From contig NW_002060953.1 of the NCBI RefSeq assembly GCF_000150275.1, positions 543,432 to 607,431 on the forward strand: a DNA stretch of 64,000 nucleotides, given 5' to 3'. The notes beneath the pieces are model-generated. The model had not been told where the DNA came from, did no database searches, and saw only the letters and a list, made by a program, of their open reading frames with translations. Numbering within the stretch: the first letter of the stretch is position 1; every line of letters starts with the position of its first letter. The DNA comes from Trichoplax adhaerens. Taxonomy: Eukaryota; Animalia; Placozoa. The position numbers were made by a program, and so were the translations under genes. Shown in pieces: positions 1-22,161 of this stretch.

Positions 1-708
1 TAGTAATGATAATCCTATAGTGTGCGCGTATACGAGCGCTATAATACTGCAAAGTATATAATGGAAGCAAAATATCTACTTGGTAGTGCTAGTATCTTAC
101 TATGCTATCCATTTTTTGAAGCACTATAAAATCATTTTATATATTAATTTTGAATTATAATCAAATACTTCTCCATATTCCTATAATCCATCCCCGGTGG
201 GGATTGCCCCTAGTAAATGGGTAGTAAGGTAGCCTCTGTCCATCTGTCAGACCTGGTTCGTCTACAAATCCTGATCACAATAGAGAACATTAGACTTTGC
301 TTCATTGAATGTATGTTTCTTTTGCCTATTTATACTTCAGGCTTGCTCTCTAATTTTAAATAACATTCTCAATTTCTTCTTGACTCCTTATTCAGTAGCT
401 GTGTTACAACTACGATTCCTTACTCATTAATTCCCCTTTAATTAAGACACTCCAGCCTCCATTTCCAATAACGCCATGTTAAGTACTGCGGTCGTTTGCG
501 CAGTCGCAGTCTGCTACGTGCGCCATTGCCTGACTAGAACAAAGAAAGAAAAGCAACAGACGACCAAGGAGGGAGGTATACCAAACCTAGGTTAATCAAT
601 ACTAGTCTAGTATAGAATCAAATGTGGAATAGGGTGTGGAGACTAGGAGATTTTCTTGCAGTCGCCAATGCTAGCGAAGCACAAGATTGCAAACTCTAAC
701 AGCCGGAA

Positions 709-3627
709 ATGAGCTCGCAATCTGATCATCATGGCAATATGTCCAAGCGCAACAGTGAACATCCACTTCAGGTTTGTAAAGGATAAAGTAGAATGTCCAA
801 GGATGCTATTTTGAGCTAGTAGATGTTTGCTAGACAGCGTTGATGATTTTACTTGGCCATTGAGTATGTGATAGGAAGAATAATGATAATCAATGGCAAG
901 TCGATAGAAATGAGGGTGGATGGAAATCGTAATGTTATACTATTGTATCGATTGTTATCTACTGTATGGGTTACTATATAGCCAGACAAGACTGGTTGCT
1001 AGAGTAACGTCAATGATAATCCCATCGTAGAATGATGGAGTAATCGACAAGATCGATTATTATTTTTATTACTACTTATGTTATGAATAGAATCCTACTG
1101 TAAGCAAACTTGGTACTCATAATAGTATTATCTATTTCTTGGATAGTATTATAGCTTTAAACATATAGACCATATGAAATCATGCCCACAATATACCTCA
1201 CTATTGCAACATGCTGTCGATGATGCACCTCAAATCACGGACGAGATGTTGGATTCATTAAATACTGAATTAACCTTATTGGAGAAGTCCATTAGTGAAA
1301 GAGCGCAACGATTAGGGACAGAATTAGAGGTAAGTCTACTCTGTTATGTTCTAATGGATAGATTTACAGCACTACAGTAGATAGAATCATAGGACAATCA
1401 AGCAATTTTCAAGCACTATGAAAGACATCCAAAAGCTTGATTCCACTCAGTCTATATGTACATAGATATATCTATATAGTGGCTCGATTTTATTCAAGAA
1501 TATATCTTCCCCTTGTTTATACCTCAATATTAAATTAAAATTGAAAAATATAGTTACGGTATATATTTTTCAATTTTATAAATATAGATTGTTGTTGATT
1601 GGTTGGACCGGAAAGATAAGAAGGATTCTAAAGGGAGTGCATCATCTGATTTGCAAAATAGTGAAAGTTCTGATCATAATAAACAATCAACGCCTGGATT
1701 GAAAAGAAGTACACACGGTAATAAACATAAATTTACTTATTGACTGCATGGACTCGTACATCTCGATACAATAGGGTAGATTGATAGGATCTGCTAATAA
1801 ATGACAGCATTTCCTTAATATCCGTTAAGTAGAGTTGTAAACTTACTTAGTTCTAGTGTAGGTCGAGCTCAACTTGAATTTATTTACAAATACTCAACAT
1901 TATCCGAATCAGCAATGGTATATTTAATACTATTGATTCAGTCTCATCTTACAATCTGATTTTGATATCTTGAAGACGATCAGTTGAATAAGAAGCAAAA
2001 ACTGAAGGGCAACTTAAGTAAGAAACAAAAGAAGAAACATAAAGCTAAAGATGTCCCTGTACCAGTAGGTTAGTTCTTTACATTACAATTGATAATATTT
2101 TTCCTACGTATTTCATATCGATGAACTATAAAATGGGTTGACGTTGTTCGATAATTGATCTAATTATGCCAATCTAACTGCTGCTAGCTATATTGATTAC
2201 GACGCGTATCAGTAATCTTATCAAATTAAATCAAACTACTGTCACCAATTCTCTTTAAATTAATCCTTTAATAATTCATAACTTTACAAAATTTTCAGTG
2301 ATGTAGCTATAATTTAAGTAAAATTGTCACAAGAATAACAACAGCAATGTTAGGTAATACGTATTTTGTACTATTAAATGATTGAAGATAACGATAAAAA
2401 ATTAAAGACTGACGCACCAACGCGATTTTGGGCAGCCGTTGATTCTTATTGTACTGATATTACACAAGAAGATATTAAAATATTGGATCAATTACTAGAA
2501 TGTGAAGATTACTCGGAATATTATACGGTATGATTGAACTATATTCCCGTCTACATATACATACATTAGTGTCCGATATAGTGGTAATACTGTATTGCTA
2601 AGATTTTATTATTACCAGCTAATATCGATAAAATTTGATAATCAATAATTGTTTACTTGAATTTAATTGCCGGCTTATATCGTAATATCAAGATGCCACC
2701 TTTGGGGATGCATTATACAAAACGTTGGGCTAAAGAAGATCTATTAGAGGAAAGAAGTCAAGGAAAGCGTGCTGCTGAAGCGGAAGGCAATATCAATGAA
2801 GACCACGTTGATGATCTCAACAAAACTAATCAAGAAATTGATTCTTTATTAAGAAGTAATAACAATAAAAACTCTTACACTGACGACAGTGATGACTACT
2901 GCCCTGTTGGTGCATTAACTCAACGGTTGCTTGCATCGTTGGTGGAAGAGAATATTGTTGCCCCTGCACCTATACAAATCTACGGTAGTGAGAGCACTGG
3001 CGGTGACGGCAACAGCAATCATGATAACACTAAATCACGCCTCAATTCCAATGAACGCGATTTATCACAAGTAGGCTGTTTCGCTAACTTTATGATGCAA
3101 CCAACCACTAATTGCATTACTTAATACTATCGGCTTTAAATTTAGTTATACCGTATTATCGACTGAATTGCCACAACTATTGATCTAGTGCATGTTCAAT
3201 TTTTTATTATCATTAGGTTTCACAATGGAAAACTCTTGATAAACGTATTCGTGAGGAGTTAATTACATTAAATATAATTTCACGAAGTGATATTGTTGCT
3301 GATTCTGATGGAAGAAATAATGACGACGAAGATGAAGTTTTAAGTGAATTACACCGACGTCAGCAAGAATTAAAAGCAGTTAATCAAGAAAACGTTGCTT
3401 TCATTCAACAATTAAAGGAAGCAAGTATCCGAGAAACAAAGCGACAAAAACTATTACAATCTGTTCGAGTTTGTGACAACGAAGTGATTGATTATTATAA
3501 ACGTTTTGCTCCTACTAAGTCGAAAAAGAAAGGCCTTACAAAAGAAGAAACTGAACGCGCATGGCAGTTGCTTAAAAGTAGACAAGCAGCTATTAATAAA
3601 CTAAATCAATTTGATAGTAGCTTGTAG
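709..3627 (+). CDS. TADA3: Transcriptional adapter 3 (ADA3/TADA3, SAGA/ATAC HAT module), 7 coding exons
   Basis: Spliced GT-AG exons (709-771, 1147-1329, 1588-1717, ~1976-2068, ~2388-2527, 2693-3070, ~3217-3627) give EHPLQYYSFKHIDHMKSCPQYTSLL...LNTELTLLEKSISERAQRL...DW, DAPTRFWAAVDSYCTDIT, MPPLGMHYTKRWAKEDLLEE, GALTQRLLASLVEEN and DEDEVLSELHRRQQEL. These match recalled ADA3 family motifs. Stop TAG at 3625-3627. Confidence 0.93.
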
Positions 3628-4338
3628 TTATTATGTTAACATACCAATATTATCTAATACATAATGTAAAGTATAGTGTTGATGCTGTGGTTAATCGTGC
3701 CTCTTACTGCAACGAAACTGTAAATACTGCATACCCTTATTTGAACTTATACGGTAATATAGCCATTATCCGTAATGAAAGATGATTTACTTTATAATGC
3801 TATAGCAGAATTTCTAATGTTACAAATTGTTTTATATATCGTTATCCGCCCGTAATTATCAAAGGCTTCAGTAATTGACTGTAAGTTAATTAATTTAGTA
3901 GAGGAAAACCTTTATTTAATTTTGCAACTGTTCTTCACATTCCGCAGAATTTTACTTTCTTGCCTATCAATTACTTTGCAATGTACAGATAATGAGTTTA
4001 CTAAGCTATTTGTCGCTTAGTAATGATTGTTCTAAATGATTGATCATTTTTTCTTGCTACTTTGTACAGTTTTAATTCATATTGTAAAAATATATCTTTC
4101 GGCAAATCGATTTATACAGCCTACATGGCGCAAGTTTATGCCCCACCTTACTAAATAAGCGTGAAAGGATCGATCAAATCGTAAAATTCTCAATCATAAA
4201 AAGCATCAAACAACGCAAATGCCGAAACAATGTAAAGATGTTATACTCATCATTACCTCAATTGTAATACTTCTTACCAGGGACTTCTTAAGACAAATTT
4301 GTCTTAGGAGTCCCTGCTTCTTACAATATTAAAAACAA

Positions 4339-14170
<9,832 letters not shown>

Positions 14171-14233
14171 TTCGATTAATGTCTCTATGACCTGTAATTG
14201 TGGGGAGCTAGGAGAGAAAGATAATATCACTTA

Positions 14234-14697
14234 AAATTAGATTCCTCGTTGGACAGCTTGACAATTACTAAGATGATTACTAAAATGATTTGTATCACCT
14301 TAGATTTAATATTCGTCTTAATGCTCTTGCAAGTCCACCACGTCTGCCTTCATTAACTATTGGTAGGAGAGAACGATCATATGCTTCAAATTCGATTTTT
14401 CGTTAGATAGCTGGACTATTACTAAAATGATTTCTATTATCTAGATCTAAAATGTATCTTAATGCTCTTCCAAGTCTACAGCGTTTACTTTAATGAAGTA
14501 TTAGTAGGAAAGAAGGAAAATATCCTTCAAATTGGAATTCTCGTCTGAGAGCTGGGCAAAGCCAGAAATGATTTCTATCACCTACTTTTCCAGATTCACA
14601 ACGTCTGTCTTACTAGTTCGCACAAGAGAAGAACAATATCCTTAAAACTAGAATTTTAGTAGATCTAGAAGAGTAATTTAAGGGATTTCTATTACCT
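14234..14697. repeat. Degenerate ~141-bp tandem repeat (3 copies plus a partial) in the probable 5'UTR intron of POLR3B
   Basis: The core AAATT.GA.T..TCGT...A.AGCT.G...AAATGATTTSTATYAYCT recurs at ~14234, ~14388 and ~14529, with a partial copy at ~14645. Confidence 0.75.
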
Positions 14698-14699
14698 CA

Positions 14700-15271
14700 A
14701 TAATGGTTTAAAGTGTAGTTTTGCTCGTCTTTCAGGCTACGAAATGGCCATCCATTGCAGGGGGAGAAGCTCGCTAGCTGGCAGCTCGCTGACATGGAAA
14801 CTGTATGGGCACTAGGTACCAACGCAAACAGTGTGAAATTATACTGTTTACAGTATGACGTAGGGAAGCATGTGGTAGGTCAGCTATCCCAGCAAATTTG
14901 GCGTACAGTACGCCGTCTGAGTACGGTACAATCTCACTCATACTTGGCAATTTGTAAACATGAAGTCATACAGTGCTACAGTATATAATACTGTTAATAG
15001 AAATATAAATACTGATGACTTTAGTATGCGCACCATTACTGTCGTCATTACTAATGTTTTATACCAGTAAGTGCAAGCGATTCCCCGGTACAGTACTGTA
15101 CTGTAGTCTCGGCAATTTGGATACTGTAGCTGCCAAGCAGAAAAGTGCTGCAGCCATTGCAAGGCAACATGTCTCCAAATTAGAGCTGCTCCAAGTGCAA
15201 TTTCGCTGTAGATTTATCGATCTTGTATCAAAGGATGAATTTCGAATGTAATAGAAAAGATTAAACTTCTA
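14700..15271. promoter_or_regulatory. Probable bidirectional promoter, POLR3B (-) / NOL7-like (+)
   Basis: Head-to-head genes with locally higher GC. Candidate non-coding first-exon donors lie at ~14695 (minus strand, GAG|GTAATA) and 15271/15272 (plus strand, TAG|GTAAGA). Confidence 0.6.
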
Positions 15272-15519
15272 GGTAAGATCATCTACTTTAGTATCAGTGC
15301 ATAGTTACTCTTTTTAATGGATTTAAAATCTCTCTTTATGAGTTCATTTCTGCAAGGTAGTAGAAGTAAGTCAAGTCTAGAGCTGCACTCTTTCCCAATT
15401 GCAATCAACGCTTTTTTATGCCCAATCGGGAATAACGAGTTTTATTCTTTTGAATGACCCTTTTCTAGTAGAAACTTTTGTATGTATGAAATTTTGCTCT
15501 AACAAGATAAGACTAATTG

Positions 15520-16943
15520 ATGGCGCCTAAAAAAGGACGTAAAGGAAAGTCCATTAATACTACAGCGAAGAAGAATAAGAAAGAAGCGATTGATAATCTA
15601 GATAAGGCTGAACATGCTAGCAACCTCGATGATGATGCTCGTCTAAATGATGATAAGGTCGCGGATGAAGTGGATCCATCTACAATCCAGCAGCAACACA
15701 TCGATCAAGATGAAATGCCTGAAATGGTATCATTTAATCAATCGAAGGAAGATGCATACAAATTAAAAGCCGAATATTCCAAAGTGAAACAACGGTAGGA
15801 TGATTTGCGCAAGCACTTTGTTAGAACACCTATTCTATATAAGTAATTTTTTTTCACAATGTTCAATGCCGATATCACAATTTACAATAAATGAAAATGT
15901 AAACTATCCTTCGAGTAGGGTATGTGCAAGCCTTTCAAGCTGTAGTTTAAAAGGCTATGTAATTGATGATTATGTTTTCTACATTCTTGGCTAATATTTA
16001 CGAAACTTTTATAGAAATACAAAGTTAATCTAATCATAGTCTATATTGTACAACGTTTCTATCTTCTATTGCACGTAGATTGAATTTTAATTGATTCATG
16101 TCAACATAACTAATGTTTCTTAGGATTAAAGATATTCGTAAGGAAAAGCAAAATAGGCATCAGGTTACCAAGGTAACTATGCATCGATTGCAGTTGTAGC
16201 TGTTGTACAAGTTTTAGCCATGCTTTCTTTTGATTGAATGCATTGAACTGGATCTAACTTAAAATGTTGGGAAAGTTACAAACTGAAATCATAATTAACC
16301 TTTAACTTAGGCCAAGGAAAAATCGACACGCGAGATCTTACCACTTGATGTTCTTCAAGCTGCTATAAAATATAAAGATAGGTATCGTCTAAAATAATCG
16401 ATCATTTTTCTCAGAAAAGAAGTGAAGATCATTCTATTAATCCTGTATATTGCGGGTAGTGTAAAAAATTCTAGCGCTCTTACTAACAAAGTACAAGTCT
16501 ACAATCGAAAACTGCCGACTTCCAAAAAGCAAACTAGAAATAGAAAATTTCGGTATGTCATTGTGACAAATAGTTACACATTTTTTAATATACTATCATT
16601 CTCCAAAGAGAATCGTAACTACGCAAGCTCTCGAAATATTGATCTATGAAAATATAGAGAATGAACTGTAGGCTACAGTCACTATTATTTTTGCAAACTA
16701 ACGTTGGATCAATCAATCAAATATAATAATATAATTTATAGAGCGAAAAAAGGGCCCGCTAAAGGAACTTCATTTGTCAACATATCAAAAGATATGCCCA
16801 TAGAGGTTTCTAACACTACTTCAAAATTCCTGAATAATCGCTTATTTGGTACACGGATTACAAGAAATAGTACTATGAACGTACTGTCCAACAAATACAA
16901 GAACAGAAGTCATCGGCCTGCAATCAAGTTTAAGAAAACTTAA
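15520..16943 (+). CDS. NOL7: Nucleolar protein 7-like (NUC129-domain SSU processome factor), 5 coding exons
   Basis: Spliced product MAPKKGRKGK...DEMPEMVSF...IKDIRKEKQNR...ILPLDVLQ...SKFLNNRLFGTRITRNSTMNVLSNKYKNRSHRPAIKF is co-linear with recalled human NOL7 motifs DEAPEELTF, LLPDTILE and [22 protein letters not shown]...RAAVQF. Identity is low, so confidence is moderate. Confidence 0.7.
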
Positions 16944-17471
16944 AAACAACTGTGCTAGCACAACTTTTTAACTAAATCTAAGGAAGACCGTTTTATTAGA
17001 TAAATAGGCCAAGAGTTTATGGTGCTATTTCACAACAGTCATTGTGTAGTAATTGCTACCAACAGTTAATTACAATTATGATATGATAATGTAGCACTGA
17101 AGGTAAATGACATAATGAAATTTAGACTATGTACAAAGATGACATACTGCCACGACACAAATTGTTCTGAATCGATGTGCTATTTACAGCGTTCTAATAA
17201 TAAAGAACGAATAAAACAGATATTAAGCTATGAAGAAGAAATGTTTACAGCAACTTGAGTGTCAAATATACTTTTAGTAATAGAACGAATATCGATATTT
17301 CAAACATACTTTAAGGAGTTCAATGAAAAAATACAATCAAACCAAATTGGTCGAATAGCTAATTATAAGAGCTATTTTCAAAGTAAAAATTTGACACTCC
17401 TCATACTAATAGATTTCATTTGATCTTCCTATACAGTACAAATTTCAATTTATGATCTGTTTCGATGAATC

Positions 17472-20428
17472 TTAGGAATTTCGTGACTTCTTGGCATTGC
17501 TAGAGGAATCTAACGTTTGATTTGTCACTGCTGAATCAGTCTGATTGCTTGTTGCTGATGGTATATCCCACTTACTCTTCCTTTTCCGGTTTGCATCATC
17601 TCCTTAACGATAGAAATATACTATTCATTATCAATGCATTCCGTATTTAACGATTTACATGTAGCGCAATTAAGCTTTCTCAACAAGGCACTCTAGAAAG
17701 TGATGTTAGTTCGAATTTAAGCAGAGCAAAAATCGATTACAAACTTTGTCACATGCTTAGTTTACAAGTAATGGTACTGCTAGATAATACCTACCAGAAG
17801 CAGAGTTTGTAGTAGAAGAAGCATTTCGCTTCACGACCTTCACAAAATCAATCTAACAACACGTAACCGCATGGGTCAGTATATAGTTACAATACCTTGT
17901 ACAACTATTAACATTAACTCAAGACTTGGAAATGACTATGTCAAGTCAATCTGTGCCATAGTAATTATATGGAATCAAGCAAGTTTTACTACAACAATTA
18001 TAGCCGATATAACCTGAGTGCGACTTTGTTTAGCCTTTTCTTTCTTCTCATATGTTTCCTTCTGTACTTTTGCTATTAAAAATTTTGATACATTTAGAAT
18101 AGGAAATTTTAACAGAGAACACCTTAGTGTTTAGGGATCAATACAACGTATTACCTATTGCATTGTAATAGTCATGTTTATCCCATAACTTTGGGTTGTA
18201 CATTTCCTGCATAAAAAATTACAAATGATAGTTAAATACGGTAGTAACATAAAAGTAATCAATTTAATATAGAATTATCTATTAGTAATAGTAAATCATT
18301 CAAAACTTGTCATTATAAAAAGCTTACAGCTGGATAATTGGTTCCAGTTTCGTCTATTGCACAAAATTCCACTAATTTCTCATATATACTACATAAAAGA
18401 TGTCAGACAACAACTTTAGTTAAATTGGTATCTTATTTTGTAGTCCATTAATCTACAATATCCAAGATTTATGAGACTAACCTGGGATTCCTAAAGTTCT
18501 TCCGTTTTTCCAAAATTTTATTCATATTACTGTCCATCTTCCTGGCTAGCATCGTTATAATTTTTTTCTGAAATTGTTCATCGGTTCATGAAAACTACAT
18601 GTTACTACAGGTTTCCTTAATGTTTTAGCTTAATTACGATAAAGTAGCAAAGACTTCTTCTATCATACCGTATGATGCAGCAATTACTATCATTGACTCC
18701 AATTCTAAAACATAATCACCTGCACATTCAGAGAATGAATCCCATCCGGTTCAGGAGGTAACTGAACTCTATCAATTTCGTCTTGATCTGTATTAACTAG
18801 CTTACCTAAAAAGAACATCAAACGATCATTAAGTTTATTATCAATACATCTCCAGAATAATAAGTGAGACTACAAACAAATTCTACCGTTTAGTAACGAA
18901 CCTTTAGCAGAGTCATCATCCGACTCGCTAACGTAGAAAGCAGCCTAAATGAAATAAGTTCAAGCTACTCTTGAGTAACATTGTAACGTCAACATGCAAT
19001 CATACAAAGAACGATAGAAGGATAGTTCAAATTGGCTAATGCTATAACCTACAAAAGTATTCTACTTACCTTTCCATTGGCATGCAGGTCTATTGAAAAT
19101 AAAAAAGTACATCATTACTTCTAGAAGTAGGATAGATTATTACATTAAACGAGTATCAATGTCAATTGAATTCATATTTCGGTTTAAAAAGACTTTAAAA
19201 TACCTGTAGCGGAGTCGGATACCACCGTTGGTTCTGCTGCCTAAAAGACATCAATTATTGGATTTCAGTGTTTTAATCTTGTAAACGAGCTTGCAAGCTA
19301 CTGCAGTATCTAACTAGCAGTACGTCTATTTACTGTACGATTTAAATTATTGTAACATTGGATATATATCTATACAACTAGCTACGTCTATGTCCATTTT
19401 TAAATCTAATGGATATCATTGTCTATTAACAATGTCTACGTAATTATTTCGTTAATTATACCTTAAAAGCAGAATCTTCATCTCTGTACTCTACTAAGCT
19501 ATCTATATTAAATTAAAGAAAAGGACGATCATCAGAAGCTAATTCATGATTAACTGGAACAATAAACAAGCAGAGTCATCATCGAAGATCAGAAAAGTTG
19601 ATAGAAATTGAAATTAAAACATGCCGATAGAACTTCTGGCATATTTCATTTTCAATTGATTGACGGTAAGTAGATTAGCAACATACTGTGTTACAAATTC
19701 TAAGTAAACTGCTCCGATTGATTGCAGGAGCAGAAAGGAAGAGATCGATTCCATCCGCTATCACTTGCTACAGTACTGCATGAAATAAGACTACAACAGT
19801 CATCATCATGATACAGTCAACGAATCCATGTCGTCATAACCCACCACTGAAATGCATTTCACATACAACTAATACTATGAGATTGGCAACAGACCACTTT
19901 AGATAGTCAAAATTACAAATGTAGCGACAGTTGAAGTTACTAATCCTGCCTTGGCAAAGTTTCAACTGCAAATATAGTAGTAGGTAATAAGTGAATGAGG
20001 TAACAACGCATTTAGATTTGAACGTATTTCATTTATTTAATCCATCACTACATGATCAAGTCTAGAACAATCATAAACGGTAAATTAGATTCTAGTCCTG
20101 AAAATAACTATCGTTGTTCCTTCAATTCGTTTGAATCATCGTCTGGATCACATTCAACGCCATACCAACATCCACTATCCTATCCATACTCCATACTGTC
20201 CTGTAGCGGCTTACTAACGTAAGATACTCGTACCTATTGTTACTGTCAACACCCATGACCACATTTAAAAACTGATTCGGTAAAATCCACATTATTTATC
20301 ATCGGCATTTCCCTACTTCTACTTCGCTATTCCTTAAGCTAATTCAACTTACCCTTATTTCTATCTTCTTGTTCATCTTCATTATCACTATCGGCGCCGT
20401 AATTAACAAGAGAATGCAGCGATGCCAT
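17472..20428 (-). CDS. SAP30BP: SAP30-binding protein (HCNGP family)
   Basis: Exons give MASLHSLVNYGADSDNEDE, LPPEPDG, KRKNFRNPSIYEKLVEFCAIDETGTNYP, MYNPKLWDKHDYYNAIAKVQKE and RKRKSKWD, which are HCNGP hallmarks. Several small N-terminal exons, including 20 nt at ~19070-19089. Confidence 0.93.
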
Positions 20429-21522
20429 TGCTTTTACTTTGGGAAGTTTTCAAGGCGCACACGATCCGAGTGGTAGCCGCTCGGCGTGATGCGCAGCCGT
20501 AGATCAGCATTGACACGAATGCCGGGTACTATCCAAGAAGAATGTCACTATTGTCTATACTTCTTATGCATGTTATAGTGACATTATTTTTGCTAGTCCA
20601 TTCGGTCCCTTACAAATCGTTCAAAAGCAGTAAGTGCTGCATAATAATTCTGTCTGTATTACCCAGGTTTGGTACAGTACGCAATCGCTCGCATTGATCA
20701 ATACAAAACACTACAGTAAACTGCAGTAGTCTATACTGTAGTATGATTTGTACGGTTCTACAGTATACTGTACTGTACTGTACATGTACAGTATAATACT
20801 CTACAGTACATTGTACTGTAAACTGTACAGTACTGTAGCATTTTCACACAACTTGACTCGGACTATGCCAAGGCATCTCGCACCATCGATGGATAGGCTG
20901 TCTTTTCTTTCCTTTTACGCAGAGTTGTTCAATGAAAAAGGAAGAAGAACAACCTATGGCTAGATCACGTTGGTATTAGCGATACCTTTGCTTTTACTTT
21001 GGGAAGTTTTCAAGACGCACACGATCCGAGTGGTAGCCGCACGGCGTGATGCGCAATCGTAGATCAGCATTGACATGAATGCCGGGGACTATCCAAGAAG
21101 AATGTCACTATTGCCTATACTTCTTATGCATGTTATAGTGACATTATTTTTGCGTGTCCATTCGGTCCCTTACAAATCGTTCAAAAGCAGTAAGTGCTGC
21201 ATAATAATTCTGTCTGTATTACCCTGGTTTGGTACTGTACGCAATCGCTCGCATTGATCAATACAAAACACTACAGTAAACTGCAGTCGTCTTTTTCCAC
21301 TAGTCTATAGTATGATTTGTACGGTTCTATACTGTACTGTATAGTACTGTACATTGTACTGTAAACTGTACAGTACTGTAGCATTTTCACATAACTTGAC
21401 TGGGACTATGCCAAGGGCATCTCGCACCGTAGATGGATAGGCTGTCTTTTCTTTCCTTTTACGCAGAGTTGTTAAAGGAAAAAGGAAGAGCAACAACCTA
21501 TGGCTAGATCACGTTGGTATTA
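20418..21522. repeat. Tandem duplication (~560 bp unit) of the SAP30BP start codon, 5'UTR and promoter
   Basis: 20418-20977 and 20978-21522 align nearly end to end (AGCGAT.CC.TTGCTTTTACTTTGGGAAG ... GCTAGATCACGTTGGTATTA). Confidence 0.95.
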
Positions 21523-21728
21523 CCGGCTTCTACGCCTGTTCACAGTAATGAAAATGACGCCATTAAGGCTGAAAAAGAGTTTTGTACCCAACTCATATTG
21601 TACAGTATAAATGGTAGAGAATAAAGTGAGTCAGTACAGTTACTGTACTGTATATACAGTACTGTATACTGTATGTGTGCGCGCGATGCGTAGTCCACGG
21701 ACAGGAGGATCAGACAGACCCACTGCCC

Positions 21729-21742
21729 GTTGCCAGGGATAC
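21729..21742. promoter_or_regulatory. RFX X-box upstream of BBS2
   Basis: GTTGCCAGGGATAC (reverse complement GTATCCCTGGCAAC) fits the X-box consensus, ~420 bp upstream of the BBS2 ATG. A second partial site, GTTGCTATAGC, is at 21795-21805. Confidence 0.6.
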
Positions 21743-22161
21743 CATTCTACGGCACCCATTTTAACGAAAGGCAACGATACGAAATACGATCAGTGTTGCT
21801 ATAGCTTGCTCCTTGTTACTCATTAACTCATACTTTAGTAATCTTATTAAATTGTACTATTAACTTAAAATTAAAATCAAGGTCGTTTTTATTAATCCTC
21901 CGAAAGAAACGGAATTGGCCTGTTTATACGACTGCTTATGATCCCAGTGCCAAAATCATTACATTAATAGTCAACACTCGTGTAAAATTACCGATATACG
22001 CGTCTCATCGCTTGTACGCAAACAACCGGGCTACCGGTACACTAGTTTTAGTGATAGCAAACGATATACGTATTACTGTGGGTATCAGCCGTAATTTCGG
22101 ATAGAACTTAGCTTTCTTGCAGCAAAACATCACAAAAAGTCTATGCAATATATTGTACAAG

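Noticed and set aside
20748-21826. ORFs rich in Y/S/T/V/L/C (e.g. YSTVYCTVLY), also at 30487, 41944 and 42294-42783
   Set aside because: These are translations of the CAGTA/CTGTA pentamer stacks and promoter repeats, not proteins.
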